From Alphaproteobacteria bacterium (GTDB taxonomy: Bacteria > Pseudomonadota > Alphaproteobacteria > UBA9219 > RGZA01): DNA of 64,000 nt. Position 1 is the stretch's first letter. Each line of letters opens with the position of its first letter. The stretch covers positions 6,972-70,971 of the forward strand of contig JANQEX010000003.1 in NCBI GenBank assembly GCA_028278105.1, given 5' to 3'. The notes under the pieces were generated by a model. The model did not search any database and was not told the DNA's origin. It saw only the letters and a program-made list of their open reading frames with translations. Shown here in pieces: positions 1-8,538 of the stretch. Made by a program: the position numbers and the translations under genes.

Positions 1-794
1 CCCTGCCGGAGCGGCAGGACGTGATCCTGTTCGACGCGCTGGTGCATGCCAGCATCCGCGACGGGATTCAGGCCAATCCCGCCCGCCATTTCCGTTTCGC
101 GCATAACGACCTGAACGCGCTGGAAGACCTGCTGAAAAAAAATTCCGCCGCGCGGCTGTGGGTGGCCATCGACAGCGTTTACAGCATGGACGGCGACATC
201 GCCCCCCTGCGCGATATGGTGGCTTTGTGCCGGAAATACGGGGCTTTTCTGGTGGCGGACGAGGCGCACGGCACCGGCGTATTCGGCACGGGCGGACGCG
301 GGCTCGCGCACGGAATTGACTATGAAAAGCTGATTACCCTTCACACCTGCGGCAAGGCCTTGGGCGTGGCGGGGGCCCTGATCTGCGCTTCCGCTCCTGT
401 CATTGAGCTTCTCGTCAACCGGGCCAAGTCCTTTCTCTTTTCAACCGCGCCCATGCCGCTCCAGGCGCATCTGGTGGAAAAGGCGCTGGCGCTGTGCGAG
501 GCGGCGGACGGCCGCCGCGCGCATCTGCAAAAACTCTGCAAGACGGCGGAAAAAGCGTTTGGCTTTTCGTCTCCCACTCCGATCTTTCCCTATATTCTGG
601 ACGAAGACACGAAGGCCACCACCGCCGCCCGTTTTCTGCGGGAACACGGCTTCGACATTCGCGCCGTCCGCCCGCCGACCGTGCCGGAGGGAACCGCCCG
701 CCTGCGCATCACCCTCAACGCCCTGCGCACGGAGGATGAAGTCGCCGCGCTGGGCCAGGCGCTTGCCGAATTCACCGCGCATGCTGCGGCATAA
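1..794 (+). CDS. bioF: 8-amino-7-oxononanoate synthase, C-terminal part (5' end lies outside the window)
   Basis: The reading frame is open to the window edge. It carries class-II PLP aminotransferase motifs DSVYSMDGD, DEAHGTGVFG and HTCGKALG (PLP lysine). It belongs to the same biotin cluster as bioD/bioA. Confidence 0.8.
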   Translation, partial: LPERQDVILFDALVHASIRDGIQANPARHFRFAHNDLNALEDLLKKNSAARLWVAIDSVYSMDGDIAPLRDMVALCRKYGAFLVADEAHGTGVFGTGGRGLAHGIDYEKLITLHTCGKALGVAGALICASAPVIELLVNRAKSFLFSTAPMPLQAHLVEKALALCEAADGRRAHLQKLCKTAEKAFGFSSPTPIFPYILDEDTKATTAARFLREHGFDIRAVRPPTVPEGTARLRITLNALRTEDEVAALGQALAEFTAHAAA

Positions 795-859
795 CGCCCT
801 GAAACAGGCCGGGCAAGGCGGTGAAGTCCCCGGATGCCTTTGGCTTCGCGGGGCCGGCG

Positions 860-3628
860 TCAATTCGTCTTAACGCAAACAGCATGTACGGCAGTAGTAG
901 TAGCCACCGGGGAATAAGGGTCATAGGAAATACATCGCCATCCGTTATTGTAAGGTATGCTGGATATAATATGGCCATCGTAAGATACTGTCTCACAGCC
1001 GCCGGAAAGCACCGTGTAATTCACCGGACACTGAACGCTAACCATTTTTCCGCCAGCTTGCGTAATTGAGTTGTTCACAATCGTGGTCGTGAGGCCAAAG
1101 GCGGTTGCAGCCACCTTGCCTGCAACATCGAGCTTGGTTGCCGGACTCGTCGTCCCGATGCCGACATTGCCGGAGGGAGTGACGGCAAAGATATCGTTCC
1201 ACGCTGTTCCATTATAATAAGAAATTTCGAAATTATTCGCGCGAGTTCCCCAGCCGCTCGACCGTTTTGAAACGACCCAGATATTAGATGAATCTTCAAA
1301 AAAGCTGACCGCGCCTGTATTGAGCGTCCCGGAGGTATGCGGACTTTCAAGGCGCAATTCCGCGGACGCCGACGCATTATATATTTCCAGTGGAAATTCC
1401 GGGCTCGTTGTTCCGATGCCGACGTTGCCGTCGTGGTCGATGGTCATCCGCGCCAAATTGCTTGTTCCAAAATGCAGGGCGTCATTGTTCACGTTGACCA
1501 CCGCGGCTGAGTTGTCGGCGCCACTGGTCGAATGGTGATAACTGTCGTCAGAATTCCCGTCGCTGTTGGTCAGCAAAAGGCCCCAGCTTGTATTGGCGGC
1601 GTGCGCGATATTGACCTGGTTATAGATGGCACCCTTAATGCGCAGCACGTGGCCATGGCCCCCGCCGCCCACGTCAAGCAAAGCACCCGGCGTTGCCGTC
1701 CCGATGCCGATATTGCCGCCGGTGTAGTAGAGGGCGCTGCTGGCGCCGTCCTGCCACTGCGAGGAACCCGCCGCCGCGCCGTTTTCCCATGCGCCGCTGG
1801 AGGAATTATAGACCAGCGCCTCGCCGTCCGAGAGCGTGCCGAGCGACACGTCGGTCAGCCCGGCCAGCGTGCTTGAGCCGCCACCTCCGCCGCCGTCCCC
1901 GCTGCCGTTTATCAGGAAACCAGAGAACCTTGTGAATAGCGTTGTGCCGTGAATATTCAACCCGCCGGCATCATCTGCGAGAGCGTAAATTTCAATATAA
2001 TCGGTGCTGCCATTCATATCCAGCACCGCCGTCACGTTCGGTACGACCGTCGCGCTGTTTTGGTATCCACTCAAATATATAACGCCGTTTTTATATATCC
2101 TCAGAAAGCAAGCAGTGGCCGCATGCTCACAAAGCGCATTGGCGGTGACGAGGTACTTGCCGGCAACGGTTGGGGTAAAGCGACTGGTTGCCGTATCAAA
2201 GTTGTTGTTGGTGTCGTAATCCTCCGCAGGCCAGGTCACCTTTGTCTCGGTAAAATGGGGGATCGCCTGGCTGACGCCGTTCTTGTGGACCGAGAACGCG
2301 ACCTGGGTTCCGCTGCCCGGCCCGGCAGCCGTCCAGCCTGAGGCAGTCTTGACGTAGAGGGAATCCCGGTCGGTGTCATAGACCACAAGACCGGTGGCGG
2401 GCGAACTGATCGCCTCGCGCTGCACCGTGGTCATGCGCGGGGGGAGGAAGCCTTTGCTGGTGCTGGTCACGTCGAACAGCGCCGAGGCGGCGGGCGATGA
2501 CGTGCCAATCGCCACCGCCCCCGTGGTGTAATAAAGATCACTCCCCGACGCGCCCCATTGCGAGGAAGAGACGCTGGCCCATGTCTGGTCCCCCCGCAGA
2601 TAGGTGGAATTGTCCGCCGTGCCGCCGCCAAGCCGGGCAGTAGGCACCGTGCCGCTGGCGAGATTGCCGGCGTTCAGAGCCGTCAGCGACGCGCCGGAGC
2701 CTGAGAAAGCCATGGCCGTCACCGTACCGTTCACATCAAGCTTCGTGGCCGGACTCGCCGTTCCGATGCCGATGTTGCCGGAAGGAAGGACACTGAATAA
2801 ATCGCCATTCGACACGCCATATGTGCTGATTGCAAAAAGACTGGCCGTCTGTCCGTACGCGCTCCTGATCTGGAGCCCAACCTGGTCATTCGCAGGCATC
2901 AATGCCAATCCTGGCTGCGGACTCCATCCAGTAGAAAATTGGGCAACGTAAGATCCGCCCGTACTTCCGACCGCCACGTAAGGCCCGCCCTGGAGGCCAA
3001 TCCCCCCGCCCCCATAAGTTACTATCCTATATTTCGAAGCACCGGATTGAAGGCGAATGAGTTCGCCAAAATCTGAAGCAGCAACATGCAGGGGTGCAAC
3101 GGGAGTGCTCGTCCCGATCCCCACATTGCCGTTTGCATCCACCACGCCCAACACATTGCCCGAAGAGTCCCGCCACTCCTGCAAATTCCCCGTCTGGCTT
3201 GCCGCGCCCTTTACGACAAGGGGAGTGTCGGTCGCGGCCTGTGATATAAGCATCAGCAGGACGCCGGAGGTGGCATAGGTGGCGGCCACGGCACCACCAA
3301 GGCCTGTTCCGGTGTTATACTGCACCTGCCCGCTGGAGCCGCCGGCGCCGCTGACCGGCGCATCCTCGGTGCAGGTGATAATGGTACCATTGCTGGAGCA
3401 CCATTTGCCGTTCTCCAAGGTACCCACCTTGGGGTCCACCTCGGTGGCCGAGCCGGAAGCCGCCATGCTGATCCAGCTTGCGCCGTCGCAGAACTGCATC
3501 ACGCCGTGGTCGGCATTGTAGATTTGCTCGCCCTTAATGCCGGTGGGGTTCGCACAGCCCGCCCACAAGGGACCACCGGCCAGCAGCGCGGCGCAAAGGG
3601 CGGCAAGGAAGGCAAGGTCGCGCGTCAT
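860..3628 (-). CDS. secreted fibre-like repeat protein (tail-fibre/adhesin type, with internal C1q/TNF-like domain and Cys-rich C-terminus)
   Basis: Lies in a 950-aa ORF; the likely start is the ATG at 3628, giving MTRDLAFLAALCAALLAGGPLWAG-C, a signal peptide with an atypical lipobox. It has six GN(V/I)GIGTxxSP...L(D/H/E)(V/I) repeats. It also has YLRGDQTW and GFLPPRMTTVQREAI motifs typical of phage tail-fibre-like proteins, and a poly-Gly linker. GC is visibly lower than in the flanking bio genes. Confidence 0.75.
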   Translation of the reverse strand: MTRDLAFLAALCAALLAGGPLWAGCANPTGIKGEQIYNADHGVMQFCDGASWISMAASGSATEVDPKVGTLENGKWCSSNGTIITCTEDAPVSGAGGSSGQVQYNTGTGLGGAVAATYATSGVLLMLISQAATDTPLVVKGAASQTGNLQEWRDSSGNVLGVVDANGNVGIGTSTPVAPLHVAASDFGELIRLQSGASKYRIVTYGGGGIGLQGGPYVAVGSTGGSYVAQFSTGWSPQPGLALMPANDQVGLQIRSAYGQTASLFAISTYGVSNGDLFSVLPSGNIGIGTASPATKLDVNGTVTAMAFSGSGASLTALNAGNLASGTVPTARLGGGTADNSTYLRGDQTWASVSSSQWGASGSDLYYTTGAVAIGTSSPAASALFDVTSTSKGFLPPRMTTVQREAISSPATGLVVYDTDRDSLYVKTASGWTAAGPGSGTQVAFSVHKNGVSQAIPHFTETKVTWPAEDYDTNNNFDTATSRFTPTVAGKYLVTANALCEHAATACFLRIYKNGVIYLSGYQNSATVVPNVTAVLDMNGSTDYIEIYALADDAGGLNIHGTTLFTRFSGFLINGSGDGGGGGGSSTLAGLTDVSLGTLSDGEALVYNSSSGAWENGAAAGSSQWQDGASSALYYTGGNIGIGTATPGALLDVGGGGHGHVLRIKGAIYNQVNIAHAANTSWGLLLTNSDGNSDDSYHHSTSGADNSAAVVNVNNDALHFGTSNLARMTIDHDGNVGIGTTSPEFPLEIYNASASAELRLESPHTSGTLNTGAVSFFEDSSNIWVVSKRSSGWGTRANNFEISYYNGTAWNDIFAVTPSGNVGIGTTSPATKLDVAGKVAATAFGLTTTIVNNSITQAGGKMVSVQCPVNYTVLSGGCETVSYDGHIISSIPYNNGWRCISYDPYSPVATTTAVHAVCVKTN

Positions 3629-3885
3629 GGCTTGCCGGGCGCGGAAAAGAGGGACGGGATAATGGGATAAGGCTTGGGCTTCGCAGCACCCGTCACCACG
3701 CGGCCCTGACACCGCCGCCAGTCGGCGGGGTGATCCGGCGTTCCGGTGGCGCAGGGCGGCGCTTTTTCACGGGAGGCCTTCGCCAGATGAAAGGATTCCG
3801 GCCCGGCCAAGACGGCGGCAAGGACGGCCAAAACAGCCACTCCCGCGGCTGTACCCATGAGTGCAAGTGACCGGCGCGCGCCCAC
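3625..3885 (-). CDS. small single-pass membrane protein (86 aa), translationally coupled to the fibre-like gene
   Basis: GTG start at 3885 is preceded by GGGGGAG. A hydrophobic helix LMGTAAGVAVLAVLAAVLAG is present. Its TGA overlaps the ATG of the downstream gene (ATGA, 3625-3628). It sits directly behind leader RNA copy 3. Confidence 0.5.
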   Translation of the reverse strand: MGARRSLALMGTAAGVAVLAVLAAVLAGPESFHLAKASREKAPPCATGTPDHPADWRRCQGRVVTGAAKPKPYPIIPSLFSAPGKP

Positions 3886-4076
3886 GCTTAAACTCCCCCT
3901 GGTGGCTGGGAGTTCGAAAATCGTACACAGACGACTGCAGGGGCCTTTGGCCGTAAGGCTTGGACATGCGCCACTGCCTCCCAGCCCGACAGGCCGGAGG
4001 CAGCGTTCATCTCGGCAACGCTGACCGCTGTGTACGAGGTTTCGACACCCCGGAAATGGCCAGAACCATTTCCGCC
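3886..4076 (-). ncRNA. structured 5' leader RNA, unclassified family, copy 3
   Basis: Shares the conserved core ATGTCCAAGCCTTACGGCC and the same hairpin order as the other three copies, with compensatory arm changes. On the minus strand it is preceded by TTGACC (4108-4103), 17 nt, then CAGTAT (4085-4080). The terminal helix AACTCCC/GGGAGTT covers the SD of the 3885 ORF. Confidence 0.6.
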
Positions 4077-4311
4077 AAAATACTGCGGGATCAGCTTAAA
4101 AAGGTCAACAGCATTATGGTAATGTTCCGGCCTGGCTGGTATCACGCCCGCGCCCGGCTTCGCCAAGGCCATGCCGGGATAATATGCGGACATCCCATTG
4201 TGTTTCATCACATGGAATCTTCGCCGGAGTCCGTCCCCGTCCCGGTCCTCATGAAGACAGGCTCCGGCGGGCGCGGGAATGTTCGCAATATTTTGCCAGA
4301 CGGGCCGTTTC

Positions 4312-4947
4312 ATGACTCAACGCTTCATCATCACCGCCACCGGAACCGATATCGGCAAAACACTGATTGCCGCTGTTTTGATGCTGGGGCTCAAGGCCAG
4401 CTACTGGAAGCCGGTGCAATGCGGCACGGGCGGCACGGAAGGAGAAACGGACACGCAAACCCTGCGCCGCGTCACGGAACTGCCCGGTGAAAGATTTTTT
4501 CCTGAATCCTGCGTTTTCAGGAATGCGCTTTCGCCCCATCGGGCCGCCGAGCTTGAAGGACGCGAAATCGATCCTGAAAAAATCACCATGCCCGCATGCG
4601 ACGCGCCGTTGTTGATCGAAGGCGCGGGCGGATTGCTCGTGCCGCTTACGCGCAAATTTCTGCTGGTCGATCTTTTCGCAAAATGGCAAATCCCCGTTTT
4701 GCTTTGCGCCTCTACCGCGCTTGGCACCATCAACCATACCTTGCTTTCGGTCGAGGCGCTGAAAGCGCGCAAAATCCCGCTGCGCGGACTGATATTCACC
4801 GGCCCCGAAAACCCCGACAACATAAGGACCATATGCGAATTCTCCGGCGCGCGGGCTTTGGGATGCCTGCCCCCGCTGGAAGCGCCATCGCCCGCCCGTC
4901 TCTCCACGGCGTTCGACACATATTTCAACGCGGCGGATTTCGCATGA
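4312..4947 (+). CDS. bioD: dethiobiotin synthase
   Basis: N-terminus MTQRFIITATGTDIGKT (P-loop GTDxxxGKT) followed by WKPVQCG. The stop overlaps the bioA start (ATGA). Confidence 0.85.
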   Translation: MTQRFIITATGTDIGKTLIAAVLMLGLKASYWKPVQCGTGGTEGETDTQTLRRVTELPGERFFPESCVFRNALSPHRAAELEGREIDPEKITMPACDAPLLIEGAGGLLVPLTRKFLLVDLFAKWQIPVLLCASTALGTINHTLLSVEALKARKIPLRGLIFTGPENPDNIRTICEFSGARALGCLPPLEAPSPARLSTAFDTYFNAADFA

Positions 4948-6224
4948 CAGGCCACGCCTCCGCCCTTTGGCATCCCTTCACCCAACATGCGCGGACGGAC
5001 GCGCCGCTTTTTGTCGAACGGGCCGAAGGCGCCACGCTGCTCACGAAAGACGGGCGGCGGATCATCGACGGCATCTCGTCCTGGTGGGTGAATATTTATG
5101 GCCACAACCATCCTGCAATCGTGGAGGCGGTGAAGGCGCAGGCCGAAAAGCTGGACCAGGTGATTTTCGCGGGCTTCACCCATGCCCCGGCCGAAGAGCT
5201 GGCGGCAAGCCTGACCGCGCTCATGCCGCCCGCGCTTCATCATGTTTTCCTGTCCGACAGCGGCTCAACCGCCGTGGAAGTGGCCCTGAAAATGGCGCTG
5301 GGCGCGCATATCCACCGGGGCAAGCCGCGCCGCATGATCGCGGCGTTTCAGCACGGCTATCATGGCGACACCTTCGGCGCGATGGCGGCGGGCGCCCCTT
5401 CGGTATTCAACGAAATCTACGCGCCGTGGCTCTTCAGGGTAGAACGCCTGCCCTTTCCCGAAGCGGGGCGCGAAGAGCAAACCGTCGAAGCCTTCCGCAC
5501 CCTGCTGAAAGAACATGAAAACGATGTCGCCGCGTTGATCGTCGAACCATTGGTGCTGGGCGCGGGCGGCATGCGGATGTATTCCCCCACGGTTTTGCGG
5601 GATCTCAAGCGGCTTTGCGAAGCGCACGGGGTTTACCTGATCGCCGACGAGGTGATGACGGGCTTCGGCCGCACCGGCACGCTGCTGGCAAGCCAGCAGG
5701 CCGATATTGTTCCCGATATTCTATGCCTTTCAAAAGGACTGACGGGCGGCATGCTGCCGCTGGGCGCCACGCTGTGCGGCGATGATATTTACCAGGCTTT
5801 TTACTCATCCGACCGCAACAAAACCTTCTGGCATTCCTCATCCTATACCGGAAACCCGCTGTCCTGCGCCGCCGCCTGCGCCAGTTTAAAGCTATGGCAA
5901 ACGGATGAAACGCAAAAAAACATCGCGCGGCTTTGCAAGGCGCAGGAAGAACATCTGGGCGCAATCGCCGCGCATCCGCGGGCCGTAAATGCGCGGCACC
6001 GTGGCACTATCGCGGCGTTCGATCTTCGCGCGGAGGATGCCGGATATTTTTCGCGGATTGGCCCGAAACTCTATTCCTTTTTCCTCGCGCGCGGCGTTCT
6101 GCTGCGCCCGCTCGGCAACACGCTGTATGTCATGCCGCCTTACTGCATCGCGCCGGAGGCGTTGAACCGGATTTACGCCTGCCTGAAAGAGGCTCTGGAT
6201 TCCGTCGCGCAAGAGGAAAAATAA
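4944..6224 (+). CDS. bioA: adenosylmethionine-8-amino-7-oxononanoate aminotransferase
   Basis: Class-III aminotransferase motifs: WHPFTQ, SSWWVNIYGHNHP, DEVMTGFGRTG, LSKGLTGG (PLP lysine). The ATG at 4944 overlaps the bioD stop. Confidence 0.9.
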   Translation: MTGHASALWHPFTQHARTDAPLFVERAEGATLLTKDGRRIIDGISSWWVNIYGHNHPAIVEAVKAQAEKLDQVIFAGFTHAPAEELAASLTALMPPALHHVFLSDSGSTAVEVALKMALGAHIHRGKPRRMIAAFQHGYHGDTFGAMAAGAPSVFNEIYAPWLFRVERLPFPEAGREEQTVEAFRTLLKEHENDVAALIVEPLVLGAGGMRMYSPTVLRDLKRLCEAHGVYLIADEVMTGFGRTGTLLASQQADIVPDILCLSKGLTGGMLPLGATLCGDDIYQAFYSSDRNKTFWHSSSYTGNPLSCAAACASLKLWQTDETQKNIARLCKAQEEHLGAIAAHPRAVNARHRGTIAAFDLRAEDAGYFSRIGPKLYSFFLARGVLLRPLGNTLYVMPPYCIAPEALNRIYACLKEALDSVAQEEK

Positions 6225-6531
6225 ACCCTCCTTAACTGGCGCGCCTTGAAGGCGGAAAATCCGCGCCGATGGTCACGCCGAAAGATATGCACAAGGGATT
6301 TCCGCTCCGGCAAGCTGAAAAAGCTTATAATTTCAGCACTTTCGGACCACGCGGCGCGAAAAACATCTTGCGGCGGGGAACGGCTCTGTTAGGGTTGCGC
6401 ATCGGGCGGCTGCCTTGAACCCATTCTGGAAACAGGCGGCTCAGGTGAAGCCGGTTGCGTTTTACCCGCCTTTTGCTAGTGTTTTTCCCACCTGTCGAAT
6501 CAACTTTTAATACCAGGAAAGGTTCCAAGCC

Positions 6532-6831
6532 ATGGCTACTGCATCCCAACCCACCGTGACCCTGAAGCACATCGCGGCGGATCTCGCCGACAAGCACAAG
6601 CTTCCGAAAAAGCAAGCCACCCAGATGCTGGAAGACTTCGTGACTCATGTCGTCAAGAACCTGAAGAAAGGCAACCGCATCCGCATTGGCGGCCTTGGCA
6701 TCCTGCAGGTCCGCAAGCGCGCGGCGCGCATGGGCCGCAACCCCGCAACCGGCGAAACGATCCAGATTCCGGCCAAGAAGAAGATCGCCTTCCGCGCCGC
6801 GAAGGAACTCAAGGAAGCCGTGGGCAAATAA
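6532..6831 (+). CDS. HU/IHF-family DNA-binding protein
   Basis: 99 aa with IRIGGLGILQVRKRAARMGRNPATGETIQIPAKKKIAFRAAKELK, the typical HU beta-arm signature (RNPxTGE). Confidence 0.9.
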   Translation: MATASQPTVTLKHIAADLADKHKLPKKQATQMLEDFVTHVVKNLKKGNRIRIGGLGILQVRKRAARMGRNPATGETIQIPAKKKIAFRAAKELKEAVGK

Positions 6832-6868
6832 GCCCGGTTTTCCCGCCGGAATACGGCATCATTTCAAG

Positions 6869-6895
6869 GAGCGGCCTTCGGGCCGCTCTTTTTTT
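6869..6895 (+). terminator. rho-independent terminator downstream of the HU gene
   Basis: GAGCGGCC-TTCG-GGCCGCTC hairpin followed by a run of seven T. Confidence 0.65.
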
Positions 6896-6943
6896 ATGCG
6901 CATGTGCGGGCGCATGCGCCTGTTGCAAGGAAATTCCCGCTTT

Positions 6944-6978
6944 TTCTGACTTCTGACTTCTGATATCTGATTTCTGAT
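6944..6978. repeat. 5 x 7-nt tandem repeat (TTCTGAC TTCTGAC TTCTGAT ATCTGAT TTCTGAT) abutting tRNA-Ser
   Basis: Read directly from the sequence. It ends 2 nt before the tRNA 5' end. Confidence 0.8.
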
Positions 6979-6980
6979 AT

Positions 6981-7070
6981 GGAGGGGTGGCAGAGTGGTC
7001 GATTGCGGCGGTCTCGAAAACCGTTATACCCGCGAGGGTATCGGAGGTTCGAATCCTCTCCCCTCCGCCA
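6981..7070 (+). tRNA. tRNA-Ser (anticodon CGA), CCA encoded
   Basis: Acceptor stem GGAGGGG/CCCCTCC, anticodon loop CT-CGA-AA, long variable arm, T-loop GGTTCGAATCC, 3' GCCA. Confidence 0.9.
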
Positions 7071-7082
7071 CCGGCAGTGTCT

Positions 7083-7700
7083 CACTTTGAAAATCACCCC
7101 CGCGCCCGTCTTCTCGCGGGGGCAAGCTCCAGCAGGGGCAGGCATGACATTTGGTTAAATTGGGTCTGGCCCCCAATTCCTCTCCCCCTTGGGGGAGAGG
7201 TTGCAAGAGCTTGGGTTTAGATGCGAAGCAGCTAAACCCTTATACTAACGAATTTATGAACGGACACGCGCCAAAAAGTAACCTGTCATGCCCGCCCCCG
7301 CTGGAGTTTACCCCCGCGAAGGCGGGGGCGAGGGCAGGCTCCGGCGGGCATCCACGCTAAAAAACCATCAAAACAAAAGTTTTAAAGCGTGGACCCCCGC
7401 CTGCGCGGGGGTGACGGTCCATGCTTTCAGGATGAGTTATTTCATAAGACCGCTGGTATTAGTTGTTGCTGGTGAGGGGGTTCACTCCCCGAACTCCTCC
7501 CCGCCTTCGCCCTTCGAGCTTCGGTGGACGAGATTTCTTCAAGGACCCGCCGGAGCTTTGGCGAAGGCGGGCAAGAGAAGAGAAAGCCTTTCCCGAAAGA
7601 GACGAAGGCCCCCATGGTTCTTCCTCCCATACCCTCCCCTAACCCCTCCCAAAGGGAGGGGGAGCATGAATGTCATGGCCGGGTCGCGGAAATGTTCGGG
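7083..7700. repeat. dense cluster of nested GC-rich palindromic repeats (REP/MITE-like), approximate bounds
   Basis: Contains units also found elsewhere in the window: a family unit at 7086-7148, hairpin CCTCTCCCCC-TT-GGGGGAGAGG at 7179-7200, a family-C element at 7253-7448, a CCCGCCTTCGCC...GGCGAAGGCGGG palindrome at about 7498-7572, and a CCCTCCCAAAGGGAGGG hairpin at about 7626-7665. Confidence 0.7.
7253..7448. mobile_element. MITE-like element, family C, copy 1
   Basis: Ends TTATGAACGGACACGCGCCAAAAAGTAACC... and ...GAGTTATTTCATAAG. Shares the core GTCATGCCCGC...GGGCATCCACGCTAAAAAACCATCAAAACAAAAGTTTTAAAGCGTGG with 49570-49743. Confidence 0.6.
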
Positions 7701-7767
7701 TGCGGCCTTGTTCTTCAGGCATTTTCCTCCGTTCATTGACAGCTTGCGGCAGGACTGCCAATCTGAT

Positions 7768-7989
7768 GCCAGAAGATCACTGGATCTTTCGGGGTATAGT
7801 TACCTCTCGATTAGCGGAACGAGCGTTGCCGACACAAACGCTGCCTCCGGCCTTATGGCTGGGAGGCAGTGGCGTATGTCCAAAGCCTCGCGGCTGAAAG
7901 GCCATTGCAATCGTCTAATCGCGATTAACTAACTCCCAGTCACCAAAAAGCATGCCGGCGCGCGGCATGCCCATCAATGGGAGGGCATC
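7768..7989 (+). ncRNA. structured 5' leader RNA, unclassified family, copy 1
   Basis: Preceded by TTGACA (7735-7740), 17 nt, then CAATCT (7758-7763). The hairpin series and conserved core ATGTCCAAAGCCTCGCGGC are present. Anti-SD CTCCC pairs with SD GGGAG just upstream of the ATG at 7990. Confidence 0.6.
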
Positions 7990-8151
7990 ATGGACTGGAT
8001 AGACGTCGTTCTGCGGCTGTTAAGCTGGCAAAACTTCCTTATCATAATCATCACCACATGGGGCTATAATTTCCATCTCCGCATTCTGGAAATCCAGAAA
8101 CAACATCGGGAAGTCATTGCCCTGTTGCAGGAAATTTCGGCGAAGACATAA
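7990..8151 (+). CDS. 53-aa hydrophobic membrane peptide (MDWIDVVLRLLSWQNFLIIIITTWGYNFHLRILEIQKQHREVIALLQEISAKT)
   Basis: ATG is preceded by GGGAGGG. There is one predicted TM helix. A near-identical paralogue lies 549 bp downstream. It is below the 60-aa cutoff of the ORF track. Confidence 0.55.
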   Translation: MDWIDVVLRLLSWQNFLIIIITTWGYNFHLRILEIQKQHREVIALLQEISAKT

Positions 8152-8321
8152 AATTCGCCGTCTTCTTCGCGCATCGCTTAACCTGCGGCCATCTGAAGCT
8201 CGACCCACTCCCCGATCAGGCCCTTTCCATATCCCCAATGTACGTATCTTGTGCGGCTTTGTTCCTTGAGCCTTTTTTTCTCCGTTCATTGACAGTTTGC
8301 GGCAAGACTGCCAATCTGATG

Positions 8322-8538
8322 CCGGAAGATCACTTGATCTTCCGGGGTGTAGTTACCTCGCAGTTACCGGAACGAGCGTTGCCGACACAAACGCTGCCTC
8401 TGGCCCTATGGCTGGGAGGCAGTGGCGTATGTCCAAGCCTCACGGCCAAAGGCCCCTGCAATCGTGTAACTGCGATTAACTAACTCCCAGTCACCAAAAA
8501 GCATGCCGGCGCGGCATGCCCATCAATGGGAGGGCATC
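8322..8538 (+). ncRNA. structured 5' leader RNA, unclassified family, copy 2
   Basis: Preceded by TTGACA (8289-8294), 17 nt, then CAATCT (8312-8317). Helices: GGAAGATC/GATCTTCC (8324-8343), GCGTT/AACGC (8376-8394), CTGCCTC/GAGGCAG (8394-8422), AATCG/CGATT (8460-8477), GCATGCC/GGCATGC (8501-8519), and anti-SD CTCCC (8484-8488) with SD GGGAG (8528-8532). Confidence 0.6.

Noticed and set aside
3888-4313. 141-aa ORF, together with ORFs 7288-7932, 7670-7897, 8238-8483 and 8297-8479, whose translations share peptide-like strings such as AASGL and GRQWRMSK.
   Set aside because: They are translations of the repeated leader RNA and neighbouring repeats. Between copies the reading frame is broken by 1-2-nt indels, the shared strings fall in different frames in different copies, and substitutions are compensatory within hairpin arms. 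The conservation is therefore at the RNA level and not the protein level.
8422-8456. Resemblance of the conserved core (CAAAGCCUCGCGGC in copy 1) to the GCAAAGCCUCCGGC segment of the c-di-GMP-I (GEMM-I) riboswitch.
   Set aside because: Only copy 1 has the AAA. The rest of the GEMM-I architecture (GNRA tetraloop/receptor, the ACGCACAGGGCAAACC segment) is absent. The similarity is limited to about 10 nt.
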